IMG/VR virus record: IMGVR_UViG_3300009177_000029
Span: 105,064 to 169,063 of that record
Source: a virus
Taxonomy: Duplodnaviria > Heunggongvirae > Uroviricota > Caudoviricetes
Direction: 5' to 3' (one strand)
DNA length: 64,000 bases
This document shows, piece after piece, positions 9,280 to 17,292 of the stretch (the stretch's first letter is position 1; every line of letters begins with the position of its first letter). The position numbers and the translations under genes are program-made. Below the pieces are notes generated by a model. That model had not been told where the DNA came from and did not search any database. It was given only the letters and a program-made list of their open reading frames with translations.

Positions 9280-9639
9280 TCACGACCCTTGATACGCTAG
9301 CTCCATCAAGCCGACGTAGCGGTTGTATGTGTCCCAATCTCGCTTGAGCCCAGCCTTGTACGCACGTTTCAGAGCTTCTGGGTCGCTAACGTGGCGATTC
9401 TTCTTGTAGATCTCGATGAGTGGGTTCATCCAGTCTTCATGACCGATCCAAGACGACATGGCCAACAAACCACAGCAATATCTGTGCAGACCAACCGTAT
9501 CATCCCGGTACATGCTCTTCACCCACCAATCATACGGATGGTCTAGGTTAATCCTCGTGAGCCAGAAGCAACATGTCCACAGTGACCCAATCGCCTCGTC
9601 GACCCGCTCGAATAGCCGTTCCAATGTCTTCATGGTCAA
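9280..9639 (-). CDS. member of GLWELA-motif paralog family
   Basis: C-terminus ALKRAYKAGLKRDWDTYNRYVGLMELAYQGS. Confidence 0.45.
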   Translation of the reverse strand: MTMKTLERLFERVDEAIGSLWTCCFWLTRINLDHPYDWWVKSMYRDDTVGLHRYCCGLLAMSSWIGHEDWMNPLIEIYKKNRHVSDPEALKRAYKAGLKRDWDTYNRYVGLMELAYQGS

Positions 9640-9850
9640 CTCCTAGTCTCAAGCTAAGGGCAGCAATAGGACGCAGCCAATCCAAGGCACGAGTAGAGTG
9701 TTGCTTCGTAGTACCCAAATACTGGTCCATGAGTTCGAACACGCGAGCAGTAATCTGAGCATGCTCTAGATACTCAAGCTGAATCTGCTTTCGAACAGCA
9801 GCATCCATGATCTTCTTTGGCTTCACAGGTTCACGCTCTCGTTTACGCAT
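9548..9850 (-). CDS. hypothetical protein, C-terminus resembles GLWELA family
   Basis: C-term TAIRAGRRGDWVTVDMLLLAHED; overlaps next gene by ~92 nt in another frame. Confidence 0.35.
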   Translation of the reverse strand: MRKREREPVKPKKIMDAAVRKQIQLEYLEHAQITARVFELMDQYLGTTKQHSTRALDWLRPIAALSLRLGVDHEDIGTAIRAGRRGDWVTVDMLLLAHED

Positions 9851-10302
9851 CAGTCCCTACCTAGCTCACGTTGAGTGTACAAGATCTCATACCTCTTGAG
9901 CAACCTCGCAGCGGCACCATTTCTCGGTAGGATGACGATTTCATCTTTACTATCTACACTGACAGAGAACCTAGGACGCGTACCAAGTGTAGTCCCAGCC
10001 TGCAACAATATGTTTTCGATTGCCGAGACACACTGTGCACGTGTTTGCCCATGGTTGTATATGTCCTGCACAGTACACTTTCGGATCACAGCCATCGCAG
10101 CATACTCAGCACAATGCTTTGCCCAAGTTTCCTGCAAATCAGCCGCTTTATTCATGATCTGGACGAAAGCCAACTCCGGCTCCGACAATCCAGATTCAGT
10201 CATACGATCCGCAACAGTTCTAACCTCAGCACTCATCCTCTGGATCCTGAAACTCAGCCGCAACAGCATCTTCCGACCACTGCATGACCGCAGCCTTGCC
10301 AA
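9850..10302 (-). CDS. hypothetical protein
   Basis: ORF track 150 aa. Confidence 0.35.
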   Translation of the reverse strand: MARLRSCSGRKMLLRLSFRIQRMSAEVRTVADRMTESGLSEPELAFVQIMNKAADLQETWAKHCAEYAAMAVIRKCTVQDIYNHGQTRAQCVSAIENILLQAGTTLGTRPRFSVSVDSKDEIVILPRNGAAARLLKRYEILYTQRELGRD

Positions 10303-10516
10303 ACTGGTTCTTTCCAGTGATACGGATGATCAAAGCATCCTTGTCAGGCACAACTGACACCTCAAACAAGTCAGTCTCATGTCCCTTCTTGAATGGCGAG
10401 CAAAACTCCATCAAATCCTCGATGAGAGTAGCACCATCCGCATACTGGTTCCTCTTGATGTTCGGTTGACGCTTGAGAACACGGTCAATGACTCGCCACA
10501 TAGCTTCGCTCTTCAT
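10226..10516 (-). CDS. hypothetical protein
   Basis: ORF track 96 aa; start possibly internal Met. Confidence 0.3.
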   Translation of the reverse strand: MKSEAMWRVIDRVLKRQPNIKRNQYADGATLIEDLMEFCSPFKKGHETDLFEVSVVPDKDALIIRITGKNQFGKAAVMQWSEDAVAAEFQDPEDEC

Positions 10517-10719
10517 GTTTGGTCCTTTCTACGAGGGTACAAGTTCATGGCACAGATAACACCGAACACAAAGTATATGTTGGACAGGATAGCGAACACA
10601 GCCGCAGTCCACGACACCCACCAACAAGCAACCCAGAAGCAAAACATGACCGCAAAGCAGCCAAGCATCCACTTCCACCACCTAAGATGAGCTTCCACGT
10701 CGTATGTCTCAGTAGTCAT
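10513..10719 (-). CDS. hypothetical small membrane protein
   Basis: 68 aa with two hydrophobic helices (CFAVMFCFWVACWWVSW, AAVFAILSNIYFVFGVICA). Confidence 0.35.
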   Translation of the reverse strand: MTTETYDVEAHLRWWKWMLGCFAVMFCFWVACWWVSWTAAVFAILSNIYFVFGVICAMNLYPRRKDQT

Positions 10720-10722
10720 ACG

Positions 10723-11421
10723 TTAGTCTAGCAGAGACCACTCAGTCTCAGCCACGACAATATCCGATTCCTCAATCACACCCATACGTTTACGCATCGC
10801 AAGGGCAACAAGCTTCCTCAAGCACTCATCTACATGCTTCAAGAACACTTCCTCAAACGCAGTGTCAGTCTCTTCCGAAGTATTAGGCGGCGGCATACCC
10901 ATTTCTGTGAAAAGTTGAGCCTGAATACTCTCACCTGGCCCCGATTCGAGGTCATTCATGGCAAAAGTATCATCCACCGACGTCCAAACACACGGTCTAG
11001 CGAACGCCCAAGAGTCTATGCCTTTGGTATGACACACAAAGTCGAACCAAACAGCCGTATTTAGGCCCGAAGAGTCCCTCAAAACACTCGCTTTAGTCAC
11101 TTTGAGCAGCATTTCGAACGATGTAGTGGTACCCACATCCGTACGGACAGGCAAACTGACCTCTAGAAACCCTTTATCGAGGGTATACGCAGCGAGTACC
11201 ACACCATCCGCATGCATAAACGACCCCTGTGTGTTCAACACACGCCTCTTTAGGTCCATCGTTCTAAGTGTGCCCATCCGAAACTCCTCCAATCCGAGCT
11301 TAGCACGCTCATACTGGCGATCCACTGAGAACGCCTCCCTACAAGATCCCGGCCGAAAATGAACTTTCTCTCCATGGCGGGTATCAACTGAGAGCGTCTC
11401 CCGCATGACACGTGTCAACAC
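10723..11421 (-). CDS. hypothetical protein (first gene of leftward arm)
   Basis: ORF track 232 aa; faces the non-coding repeat hub. Confidence 0.4.
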   Translation of the reverse strand: MLTRVMRETLSVDTRHGEKVHFRPGSCREAFSVDRQYERAKLGLEEFRMGTLRTMDLKRRVLNTQGSFMHADGVVLAAYTLDKGFLEVSLPVRTDVGTTTSFEMLLKVTKASVLRDSSGLNTAVWFDFVCHTKGIDSWAFARPCVWTSVDDTFAMNDLESGPGESIQAQLFTEMGMPPPNTSEETDTAFEEVFLKHVDECLRKLVALAMRKRMGVIEESDIVVAETEWSLLD

Positions 11422-11589
11422 CTATACTCGACGGGTACTATTTTTCAAAAATCTAATATCCGGAGGCAGGTACAGGACTTACCCGACCCCAAGGAATCCC
11501 TTTTGATACGTGCTTGTCAACCGTACCCCTTTTGATACATGGCCCATTCCGTGCATACGTATCTCCCCGGATACATGAGGAAATGTGTG

Positions 11590-12480
11590 CTATGTAGGAC
11601 AATGTAGGCACACAGGGACAGGGTGGGTACTCATCCCACATTCACTCTACTGTAGGTAATATGCACACATGTAGTATTACGTAGGGCAGTGTAGGTGTTA
11701 CCAGAATCGCAGAGACTGAGAATCAAACACGATTATACTAAGGCTAGAGTTTAGGTATTGAGAGACACTCCGCGCCGAGCCCTACGCGATCGCTATGTAG
11801 GACATTGCGCACACTTACCTACACATTGGCATACCAAAGCATTGCAAAACGCTATGTAGGCAAAGGCTTACATTGACTCACATGTAACCGATGCTCGAAT
11901 GTTCAGGCTTTGCAAGCGTAAGCCATTGCGGCGCCTATACGCCTCGCAGAGACACAATCGGGGCGAGCTACGGCTAGGTATGGGGAACGTTGTAAAGATC
12001 GATTCTGGCGAGGCTATGTAACACATTGATAGTATTAGAGAAACACATGTCAGTTTACAGCTTACATGTGGGTTTACGTAGTATTGACACCTACATCGCA
12101 GGCAATAGTCATGCCACCTACAGTGTGCGTTATGTAGGTGTTTGCACACATTGTGTGTAGTGTAAGGAAATGTGTTCCGAGGAAGGGAAATGTGGGCTTA
12201 GGTAGTATGCTGTAGGACAATACTCACACTGTAGGTGAATGTAGGCAAAGACTCACATCATAATATGATGTAGGTGTTTTGGTTACACTGTAGACAATGT
12301 GGGTAAGTGTAGGGAAAAGGTTTACACGTAGGGAAAGGTGAGGCTATGTAGGGAAATGTATGCGTTGTGGGATAGCTGTAGGTGACACTACGTGTATTGT
12401 ATAGGCACGTAGTGTCATTGGCACAACCTACATGTGTGGAAATGTAGTCTGGCACATGTGAGGCAATGTAGGTGCGAGCT
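11590..12480. repeat. dense array of short TGTAGG/CCTACA and CTCACA/CACACA motifs (>25 copies, both orientations, ~20-bp spacing) in divergent non-coding hub
   Basis: Direct reading: ctatgtaggacaatgtaggcacaca, actgtaggtaatatgcacacatgtag, ctcacactgtaggtgaatgtaggc, gctatgtagggaaatgta etc.; ORF-track ORFs here translate to low-complexity junk. Confidence 0.6.
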
Positions 12481-12635
12481 AAGCTCACGTAATCATTGAG
12501 GAATAGACCGATTTTACTATGGCGGTAAACGGCCGCCGGTGTGCCACATTGTGCCACGACGCAATAGGCCAATGAAAACAAGCATTTAGCTCGCATTGCC
12601 CCGATTCGCCACGTGCCCCGTAATGACCCGAAATC

Positions 12636-12729
12636 GCTAAGTATGCGAAATCATTAGGCTTACATTAGCACACATGAGTCGTTTCGGGGCAGTGTGAGGC
12701 ATCACACAGAGGCTAAGTATGCGAAATCA
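12636..12729. repeat. 18-bp direct repeat gctaagtatgcgaaatca (two copies, 12636-12653 and 12712-12729)
   Basis: Exact match seen in sequence in the non-coding region upstream of the rightward arm. Confidence 0.45.
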
Positions 12730-12872
12730 CTCGGATCCGCTATAGGTTGAAAGGCTGAACAAACTAGCAGTGTTGAAATAAGCTAATAGAATCGCTTACT
12801 TACGTCGTTGGCACGACGGCTGCAACGTCTCGCGTAGGCGCAAAGCCGCGGCGAGAGGCATCGAAAAAGCCT

Positions 12873-12900
12873 TTGACCGCTTCTCGTTCTCTGTTAGTGT
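12873..12900 (+). promoter_or_regulatory. candidate sigma70-like promoter for rightward arm
   Basis: TTGACC-N16-TAGTGT ~65 nt upstream of gene 12968; SD aagagga before ATG. Confidence 0.3.
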
Positions 12901-12967
12901 CTCCCTTCCCATTGTGGGAAAACCGTTCCGCCTCGGATGTTAAGGCGTGTCAGAAGAGGATCGCACC

Positions 12968-13243
12968 ATGGCCAATCGCACCGTCACGATCGAGGGTCGC
13001 AACGTCACGATCACGCGTGAGACCCCCAAGGGACCCAAGGTCACGCACGAGACGATCGTCTCGTTCGCGGAAGGGGGCGCCATCGCTTCCGAGTCGGCCC
13101 GTGTGGCGCTCGCACTGGCGCGCACCGATGGTGCGTACCGTCGCCAGGGTGCGGCCGCTGCGCGTCGTGCGCTGGCCCCGATGCGCGATGCACTCCGCTC
13201 GGCGCTGGACGCCTCGATCGCGGAAGCGCTCGCCGCGGAGTGA
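12968..13243 (+). CDS. hypothetical Ala/Arg-rich protein (GC-rich island)
   Basis: Met with SD aagagga 7 nt upstream (MANRTVTIEGRNVTITRETPKG...); ORF track 12947..13243. Confidence 0.4.
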   Translation: MANRTVTIEGRNVTITRETPKGPKVTHETIVSFAEGGAIASESARVALALARTDGAYRRQGAAAARRALAPMRDALRSALDASIAEALAAE

Positions 13244-13315
13244 GCTAGGCCGAAACCTAGGGGGCGCAAGCCCCCGATGGTCTGTGCGTTACGCGCACAC
13301 TGACGATGGCCCCAC

Positions 13316-13982
13316 TGTGAACACCATTTCACATAAGCACGCGCCCGACGCATTCGCCACGTGTGGCGTTTGCTTCGCCCTTGCCGTGCGTGCGGAACGT
13401 GGCCCCGTTGTGCGTGCGAGCGGCACCGATCGTGCGGCCGATGCGCCCGTGTGCGCGCCCGTGCTTCCGATCGCAACGGATCGCGTTGTGGCGCATGCGA
13501 TCGTCGATCACACGATCGCAGCGGTCAAGCGTGCGCGTGCTCTCACGTCGGATCCTCGTGTCATTCTCGGCGCTTTCGAGTCAACGCAAGTCAAGATCGG
13601 TGCGCCTGCTACGGCTGCGCGCTCCACTGTCACGCTTGCGGCTCGTGTCGAGTCGGGCGAGGCGATCGATGCGATCCACGCTCTAGACCGTGACAATACG
13701 GGCGCGTTGCCGCGTAACCGTATGCGCGTGCGTGGCTCGCATGGCAGTGCAGGCCCGTCCGAGGCGCCTCAGGCGTTCCCGACGGCTGATACCGTCACGG
13801 GCGCCCGTGAGGGAGCACGCGGTAAGGCGTGCGCTGATATGGTGCGCCTTTGCGAGCGCTATCGTACGTCCAGCGGGCGCGATAAGGCGCTCGCGCGTGA
13901 CGCAATCCGCTTCCTACTCGACACGTGGCAGGATGACGCGGTGCGAAATGCCGCGATCTCCGGAGGATTCCCCGCACGCTGA
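13316..13982 (+). CDS. hypothetical protein (GC-rich island)
   Basis: C-terminal two-thirds of ORF 12873..13982 looks protein-like; its N-terminal part overlaps 12968..13243 and is RS-rich, so that part is wrong-frame; start guessed at GTG 13316. Confidence 0.3.
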
Positions 13983-14015
13983 AACGGTATCACATATGCG
14001 CGCAGCCGATACCGG

Positions 14016-14155
14016 GGCGCCCACTAACCCAAGCGTAAACGCTACGCCCGACGTGTATCCGCTGATACACTAGGCTCTAAGTGTTTACCGCGACGCTACC
14101 AAGCGAGCGACCCTCACGGGCGAGCGACTAAGGTATGCGTGGGTTAGTGGGCGCC
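14016..14155. repeat. 140-bp element bounded by 16-bp perfect (22-bp imperfect) inverted repeats ggcgcccactaaccca / tgggttagtgggcgcc with internal hairpins
   Basis: Seen directly; internal gtgtatc-cgct-gatacac hairpin and duplicated gcgagcgac. Confidence 0.45.
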
Positions 14156-14356
14156 TTAGCGCGTTATCATGGAGTTTATGACAAACGCTGGTAAAGCCTA
14201 TCTTTTCGTTAGGTTACGGTCGGAATCCAACACGGGTGTAGAGTTAGATCCACCACGTGTGAAAGAGATTCCGTATCGGCCGCTACCGACTGTGCGTAAA
14301 TGCACATGTTCTTACCATGGCGATCGAGTCTACTGCTATTGCAGCAAGGGGTGATC

Positions 14357-14842
14357 ATGCGTATCGCAATCGTGTGTCTGCTACTTCTCGCGGGATGCTC
14401 TGAGATCGTGCGGCCGAACACGCGTCTACTCGACGCGGATAGCGGGCCGATGGTCGGCGATGGCTCGACGTTGCCCGATACGGGCACGGGAGACACGGAT
14501 AGCGGCTCACCCGTGGATCCTGACGCGGGCTCGGATGCTGGCGCGATGGGAACGTGTGACATGTTCCCCGCTGGTAGCGTGGCCATGGTCGCGCAAAACG
14601 ATTGTGGCTTCGCTGCCACACAGATCGCGGTGAGTGAGGTCGACTGCCCCCACCACATGCTTTCGGGACACATGACGATCGTGTGTGATCACACGTATCG
14701 CACGGTTCCCGTGACGTCGGATGCACTCGAAATCGACTGCGATGGTGGTACGTTCTTCTGTGCTACTGTTCTCGGCGCCGATGGTACACTCACGGTTGAG
14801 TGTACCTCGCCCGGGGGATCGTCCTGCTCTCTCACGTTCTGA
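14357..14842 (+). CDS. Cys-rich secreted lipoprotein
   Basis: Signal peptide MRIAIVCLLLLAGC with lipobox LLAGC; SD gcaaggggtg; Asp/Gly-rich linker then 10 Cys. Confidence 0.5.
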   Translation: MRIAIVCLLLLAGCSEIVRPNTRLLDADSGPMVGDGSTLPDTGTGDTDSGSPVDPDAGSDAGAMGTCDMFPAGSVAMVAQNDCGFAATQIAVSEVDCPHHMLSGHMTIVCDHTYRTVPVTSDALEIDCDGGTFFCATVLGADGTLTVECTSPGGSSCSLTF

Positions 14843-14856
14843 GAAAGGTATGAATC

Positions 14857-14973
14857 ATGCGCTTGGTACGCACGTTCCTCCTGTTCACCATCCTCGTTCT
14901 CGTGGCCGGATGGGTCGCGGGGCAGTACATCGGCGATCACATGCATTTCGAGCCTGTCGCGGGCTCGCACTAG
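14857..14973 (+). CDS. small single-pass membrane peptide (38 aa)
   Basis: MRLVRTFLLFTILVLVAGWVAGQYIG..; SD gaaagg 9 nt upstream; alternative frame in ORF track is His/Arg junk. Confidence 0.3.
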   Translation: MRLVRTFLLFTILVLVAGWVAGQYIGDHMHFEPVAGSH

Positions 14974-14975
14974 CC

Positions 14976-15140
14976 ATGGTGCGTTTCGTCACGAAACATC
15001 CGTGGCTCACGGTGCTTCTCATGCTCTGTGCGTCGTGTGTGGCGTTCGGCCCCGCGGCGACTGGCGCATGGATTCACTACCACGGCATACAGGCAATCGT
15101 CGGCGCGTGGCGCTTCGTGCGCACGTTGATCGCTGGCTAA
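14976..15140 (+). CDS. small membrane protein (54 aa)
   Basis: MVRFVTKHPWLTVLLMLCASCVAFGPAATGAWIHY..; internal Met of ORF 14721..15140. Confidence 0.3.
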   Translation: MVRFVTKHPWLTVLLMLCASCVAFGPAATGAWIHYHGIQAIVGAWRFVRTLIAG

Positions 15141-15280
15141 TGGTCCCGTGGAATGTGGTCAACGCAATGTTGACCGTTATGTGGTCGCGCTATTGGTGGC
15201 TTCGCGACAACAAGCGCGAGGCCGAAGCCTATCACCTCGAAATGGCAATCATTTCGGCAACTAAGGCGTTGAAATCATGA
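15140..15280 (+). CDS. small hypothetical protein (46 aa)
   Basis: TAATG overlap with previous; MVPWNVVNAMLTVMWSRYWWL... Confidence 0.25.
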   Translation: MVPWNVVNAMLTVMWSRYWWLRDNKREAEAYHLEMAIISATKALKS

Positions 15281-15432
15281 TGCGAATCAAAGCCTTCGTG
15301 TCTCGCGATGCTCTGGTCCTCTGGACGTTGCGTGGACGCTTCCGCACGTGTCGCTACATGCTGCGATGGGTCGATCTGTGGATCGCGGGATGGTCCCTTG
15401 CGATTCTCGTGATCGCGTTCTTCCGAGGGTGA
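15277..15432 (+). CDS. small membrane protein (51 aa)
   Basis: ATGA overlap; ...WVDLWIAGWSLAILVIAFF hydrophobic helix. Confidence 0.25.
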   Translation: MMRIKAFVSRDALVLWTLRGRFRTCRYMLRWVDLWIAGWSLAILVIAFFRG

Positions 15433-15435
15433 AAC

Positions 15436-15621
15436 ATGAATCTCTTCGTGTTGTTCATGGGTTGGCGCGGCTGTTTCATGGTCGTTGCTCAATCGCGCGG
15501 CGAAGCGTTGCGCCTCATCTTGGATCAAGGTGCGGCGGAATACTACGAGAAACCGATCAAACAGGAAGATCTCAAGGTCTATCCTGTGGGTGAGGTCGTG
15601 CGCTGCTGGGGCGATGAGTGA
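15436..15621 (+). CDS. small hypothetical protein (61 aa)
   Basis: ORF track. Confidence 0.3.
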   Translation: MNLFVLFMGWRGCFMVVAQSRGEALRLILDQGAAEYYEKPIKQEDLKVYPVGEVVRCWGDE

Positions 15622-15739
15622 AACGCCCGGTCAAGGTGCCACGTCCAGCGCCAAAGGTTTATCGTATCGATAGACCACACTGCAAAAACATTCTGTGTGT
15701 CAACTTCGCACGAATCAACTGCGATGTGTTGGAGAAGCC

Positions 15740-15988
15740 ATGCTCCTCAAAGATGCACTGATCAAAGTGGGCTTTGCGTGTGCAGGCGGTGAGGTACGCC
15801 GCAAGTGTATGCAAGGTGCGGTCAAGGTCAACAATGTGCGTGTGGATGATTCCACGCTCACGTTGATCGATGGTAAACACAAGCTGACAGTAGGTCGATT
15901 CTCGTGTTACCTCGAAATCAAGCGCGGTGGATTGATTACCACCGTGCAATACCTCGATCCAGTCAAGATCGGGACAGTAAAGCTTTGA
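15740..15988 (+). CDS. S4-like RNA-binding domain protein
   Basis: LLKDALIKVGFACAGGEVRRKCMQGAVKVNNVRVDDSTLTLIDGKHKL matches S4 pattern (R/KLD..L...G...S..E..R.i..G.VkVNg..V.d....v..gD). Confidence 0.4.
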   Translation: MLLKDALIKVGFACAGGEVRRKCMQGAVKVNNVRVDDSTLTLIDGKHKLTVGRFSCYLEIKRGGLITTVQYLDPVKIGTVKL

Positions 15989-16027
15989 CGTCAGAGCCAC
16001 ACTCAAAAGGTGTGGCTTTTTGGCGTT

Positions 16028-16498
16028 ATGGGAAACCTCTACATCATGATCGGCGTTCCTGGCAGCGGCAAGAGCACAGAAGCGAAGCGCATCATGCGCA
16101 CGCATAGTGTGATTCGTGAACGCGTCGAGATCGTCTCCGCGGACACATACTTCATGAACGAGAACGGCGATTATGCCTTCAATCCCAAGGGTTTGGGTGA
16201 GGCGCACGCCGAGTGCTTCCGTGATGCATGTGACTACGCCACGCGTGGTGTGGACTGCATCATCGTGGACAACACGAACCTGACCAACGTTGAGCGAGCG
16301 CCCTACTATCAGTTGGGTGTGGCGTTCGGCTACAAGGTGCACATGGTGTGGGTGCATCCCGGCCTCACGTGTGAGGAGTTGGGCGCACGCAACGTGCACG
16401 GCGTCAGTGCGGAAAAGATTCGCACGATGTTCCAGCGGTTCGAAGGCGTATTGCCGCCGCATTGGAAAGTCCAACAGCACAACGTCAACGGGGTGTGA
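16028..16498 (+). CDS. P-loop polynucleotide kinase-like protein (T4 Pnk kinase-domain-like)
   Basis: Walker A IMIGVPGSGKST at N-terminus, IIVDNTNL (Pnk-like D-x-T-N) and small size. Confidence 0.6.
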   Translation: MGNLYIMIGVPGSGKSTEAKRIMRTHSVIRERVEIVSADTYFMNENGDYAFNPKGLGEAHAECFRDACDYATRGVDCIIVDNTNLTNVERAPYYQLGVAFGYKVHMVWVHPGLTCEELGARNVHGVSAEKIRTMFQRFEGVLPPHWKVQQHNVNGV

Positions 16499-16500
16499 CC

Positions 16501-16956
16501 ATGTTCGCCGATCTCAACGACCTTCACGACTTCTGTCGAGAGACGTTCTACTACATCCACGAGGGTGCAGGGCGTGCCGCGTACGACAACCCGTATCAAC
16601 CGGGTTGGGTCGTGAAGGTGCCTCGCAACCTCGCCACACACGAGACGGGCGGGCTCGGACAACAAGCATATGAGATCAGTGTGCTCAAGCGCATTGCTCA
16701 TCTTCCGTTCTGTCCGAAGTTCTGGGTCGAGTACATCCCGACCAAAGAGAACTTCTCGATTCCTGTCATCCACATGGAAAAGGTTGTGCCTCTCACGGGT
16801 GACGAGAAGGTCACGCATCTTCCGTGGTGGTGCAGGTACATCCACGATGGTGCGCAAATCGGCTGGACGAACAAGGGCGGAATCGTTCCGTACGATCTCG
16901 GCTACTTCGTGGAAGTCGAGGATCTAGTCCAAGCGGCAGCGGCGCAGCCACTGTGA
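16501..16956 (+). CDS. hypothetical protein (possible atypical kinase-like)
   Basis: IHDGAQIGWTNKGGIVPYDLGYF weakly resembles catalytic-loop/DFG region of small atypical kinases. Confidence 0.35.
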   Translation: MFADLNDLHDFCRETFYYIHEGAGRAAYDNPYQPGWVVKVPRNLATHETGGLGQQAYEISVLKRIAHLPFCPKFWVEYIPTKENFSIPVIHMEKVVPLTGDEKVTHLPWWCRYIHDGAQIGWTNKGGIVPYDLGYFVEVEDLVQAAAAQPL

Positions 16957-17091
16957 ACGCGACACAAGCCATTGCAGCAACCCTACTCCTCATCGGTCTC
17001 GTGCTGATGTTCATGTTCATGTTCATGTGGAGGTATCTGTGAAAAAGCTTCCTCCGGTGTTCCCAATCAAGTTCCCTGCACCACTGCCGAA

Positions 17092-17292
17092 GTGATGGGC
17101 ACGTTCAAATACTACACGACTCTTGCAGTCGTGAAGGAATGGCGTGTCTATCACTTGTGGGTTGACCGCTTCGGCGTGTTCAACCCTGTAGGTGTAGGCT
17201 TCGATCGTGACGGCTACTACATTCGTGTAGAGAAGTTCGAAGCGACCGAAGAACGTGTGGCATGTATGGCCACGTGGATTGCTGAGCGTTGA
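17092..17292 (+). CDS. hypothetical protein
   Basis: ORF track 66 aa. Confidence 0.25.
   Translation: MMGTFKYYTTLAVVKEWRVYHLWVDRFGVFNPVGVGFDRDGYYIRVEKFEATEERVACMATWIAER

Noticed and set aside
11590-12480. CRISPR array
   Set aside because: The repeats are only 6-9 nt, degenerate, occur in both orientations and have irregular 19-29-bp spacing. There are no regular 28-37-bp repeats with unique spacers.
11453-12596. ORF-track ORFs 11453..11641, 11868..12149 and 12258..12596 (minus strand)
   Set aside because: Their translations are low-complexity artefacts of the TGTAGG/CACACA repeats (e.g. YTYPHCLQCNQNTY). There is no SD or coupling. Treated as non-coding.
12873-13300. N-terminal part of the 369-aa ORF 12873..13982
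   Set aside because: It is RS/PR-rich (SRSRVATSRSRVRPPRDPRSRTRRSSRSRK), typical of out-of-frame reading of GC-rich DNA. It overlaps the better-supported 12968..13243 gene with an SD. Only the downstream part was kept as a gene.
14209-14726. Minus-strand ORFs 14209..14673 and 14355..14726 opposite the lipoprotein gene
   Set aside because: They are antisense to a gene with a clear signal peptide, lipobox and SD. The rest of this arm is entirely plus-strand.
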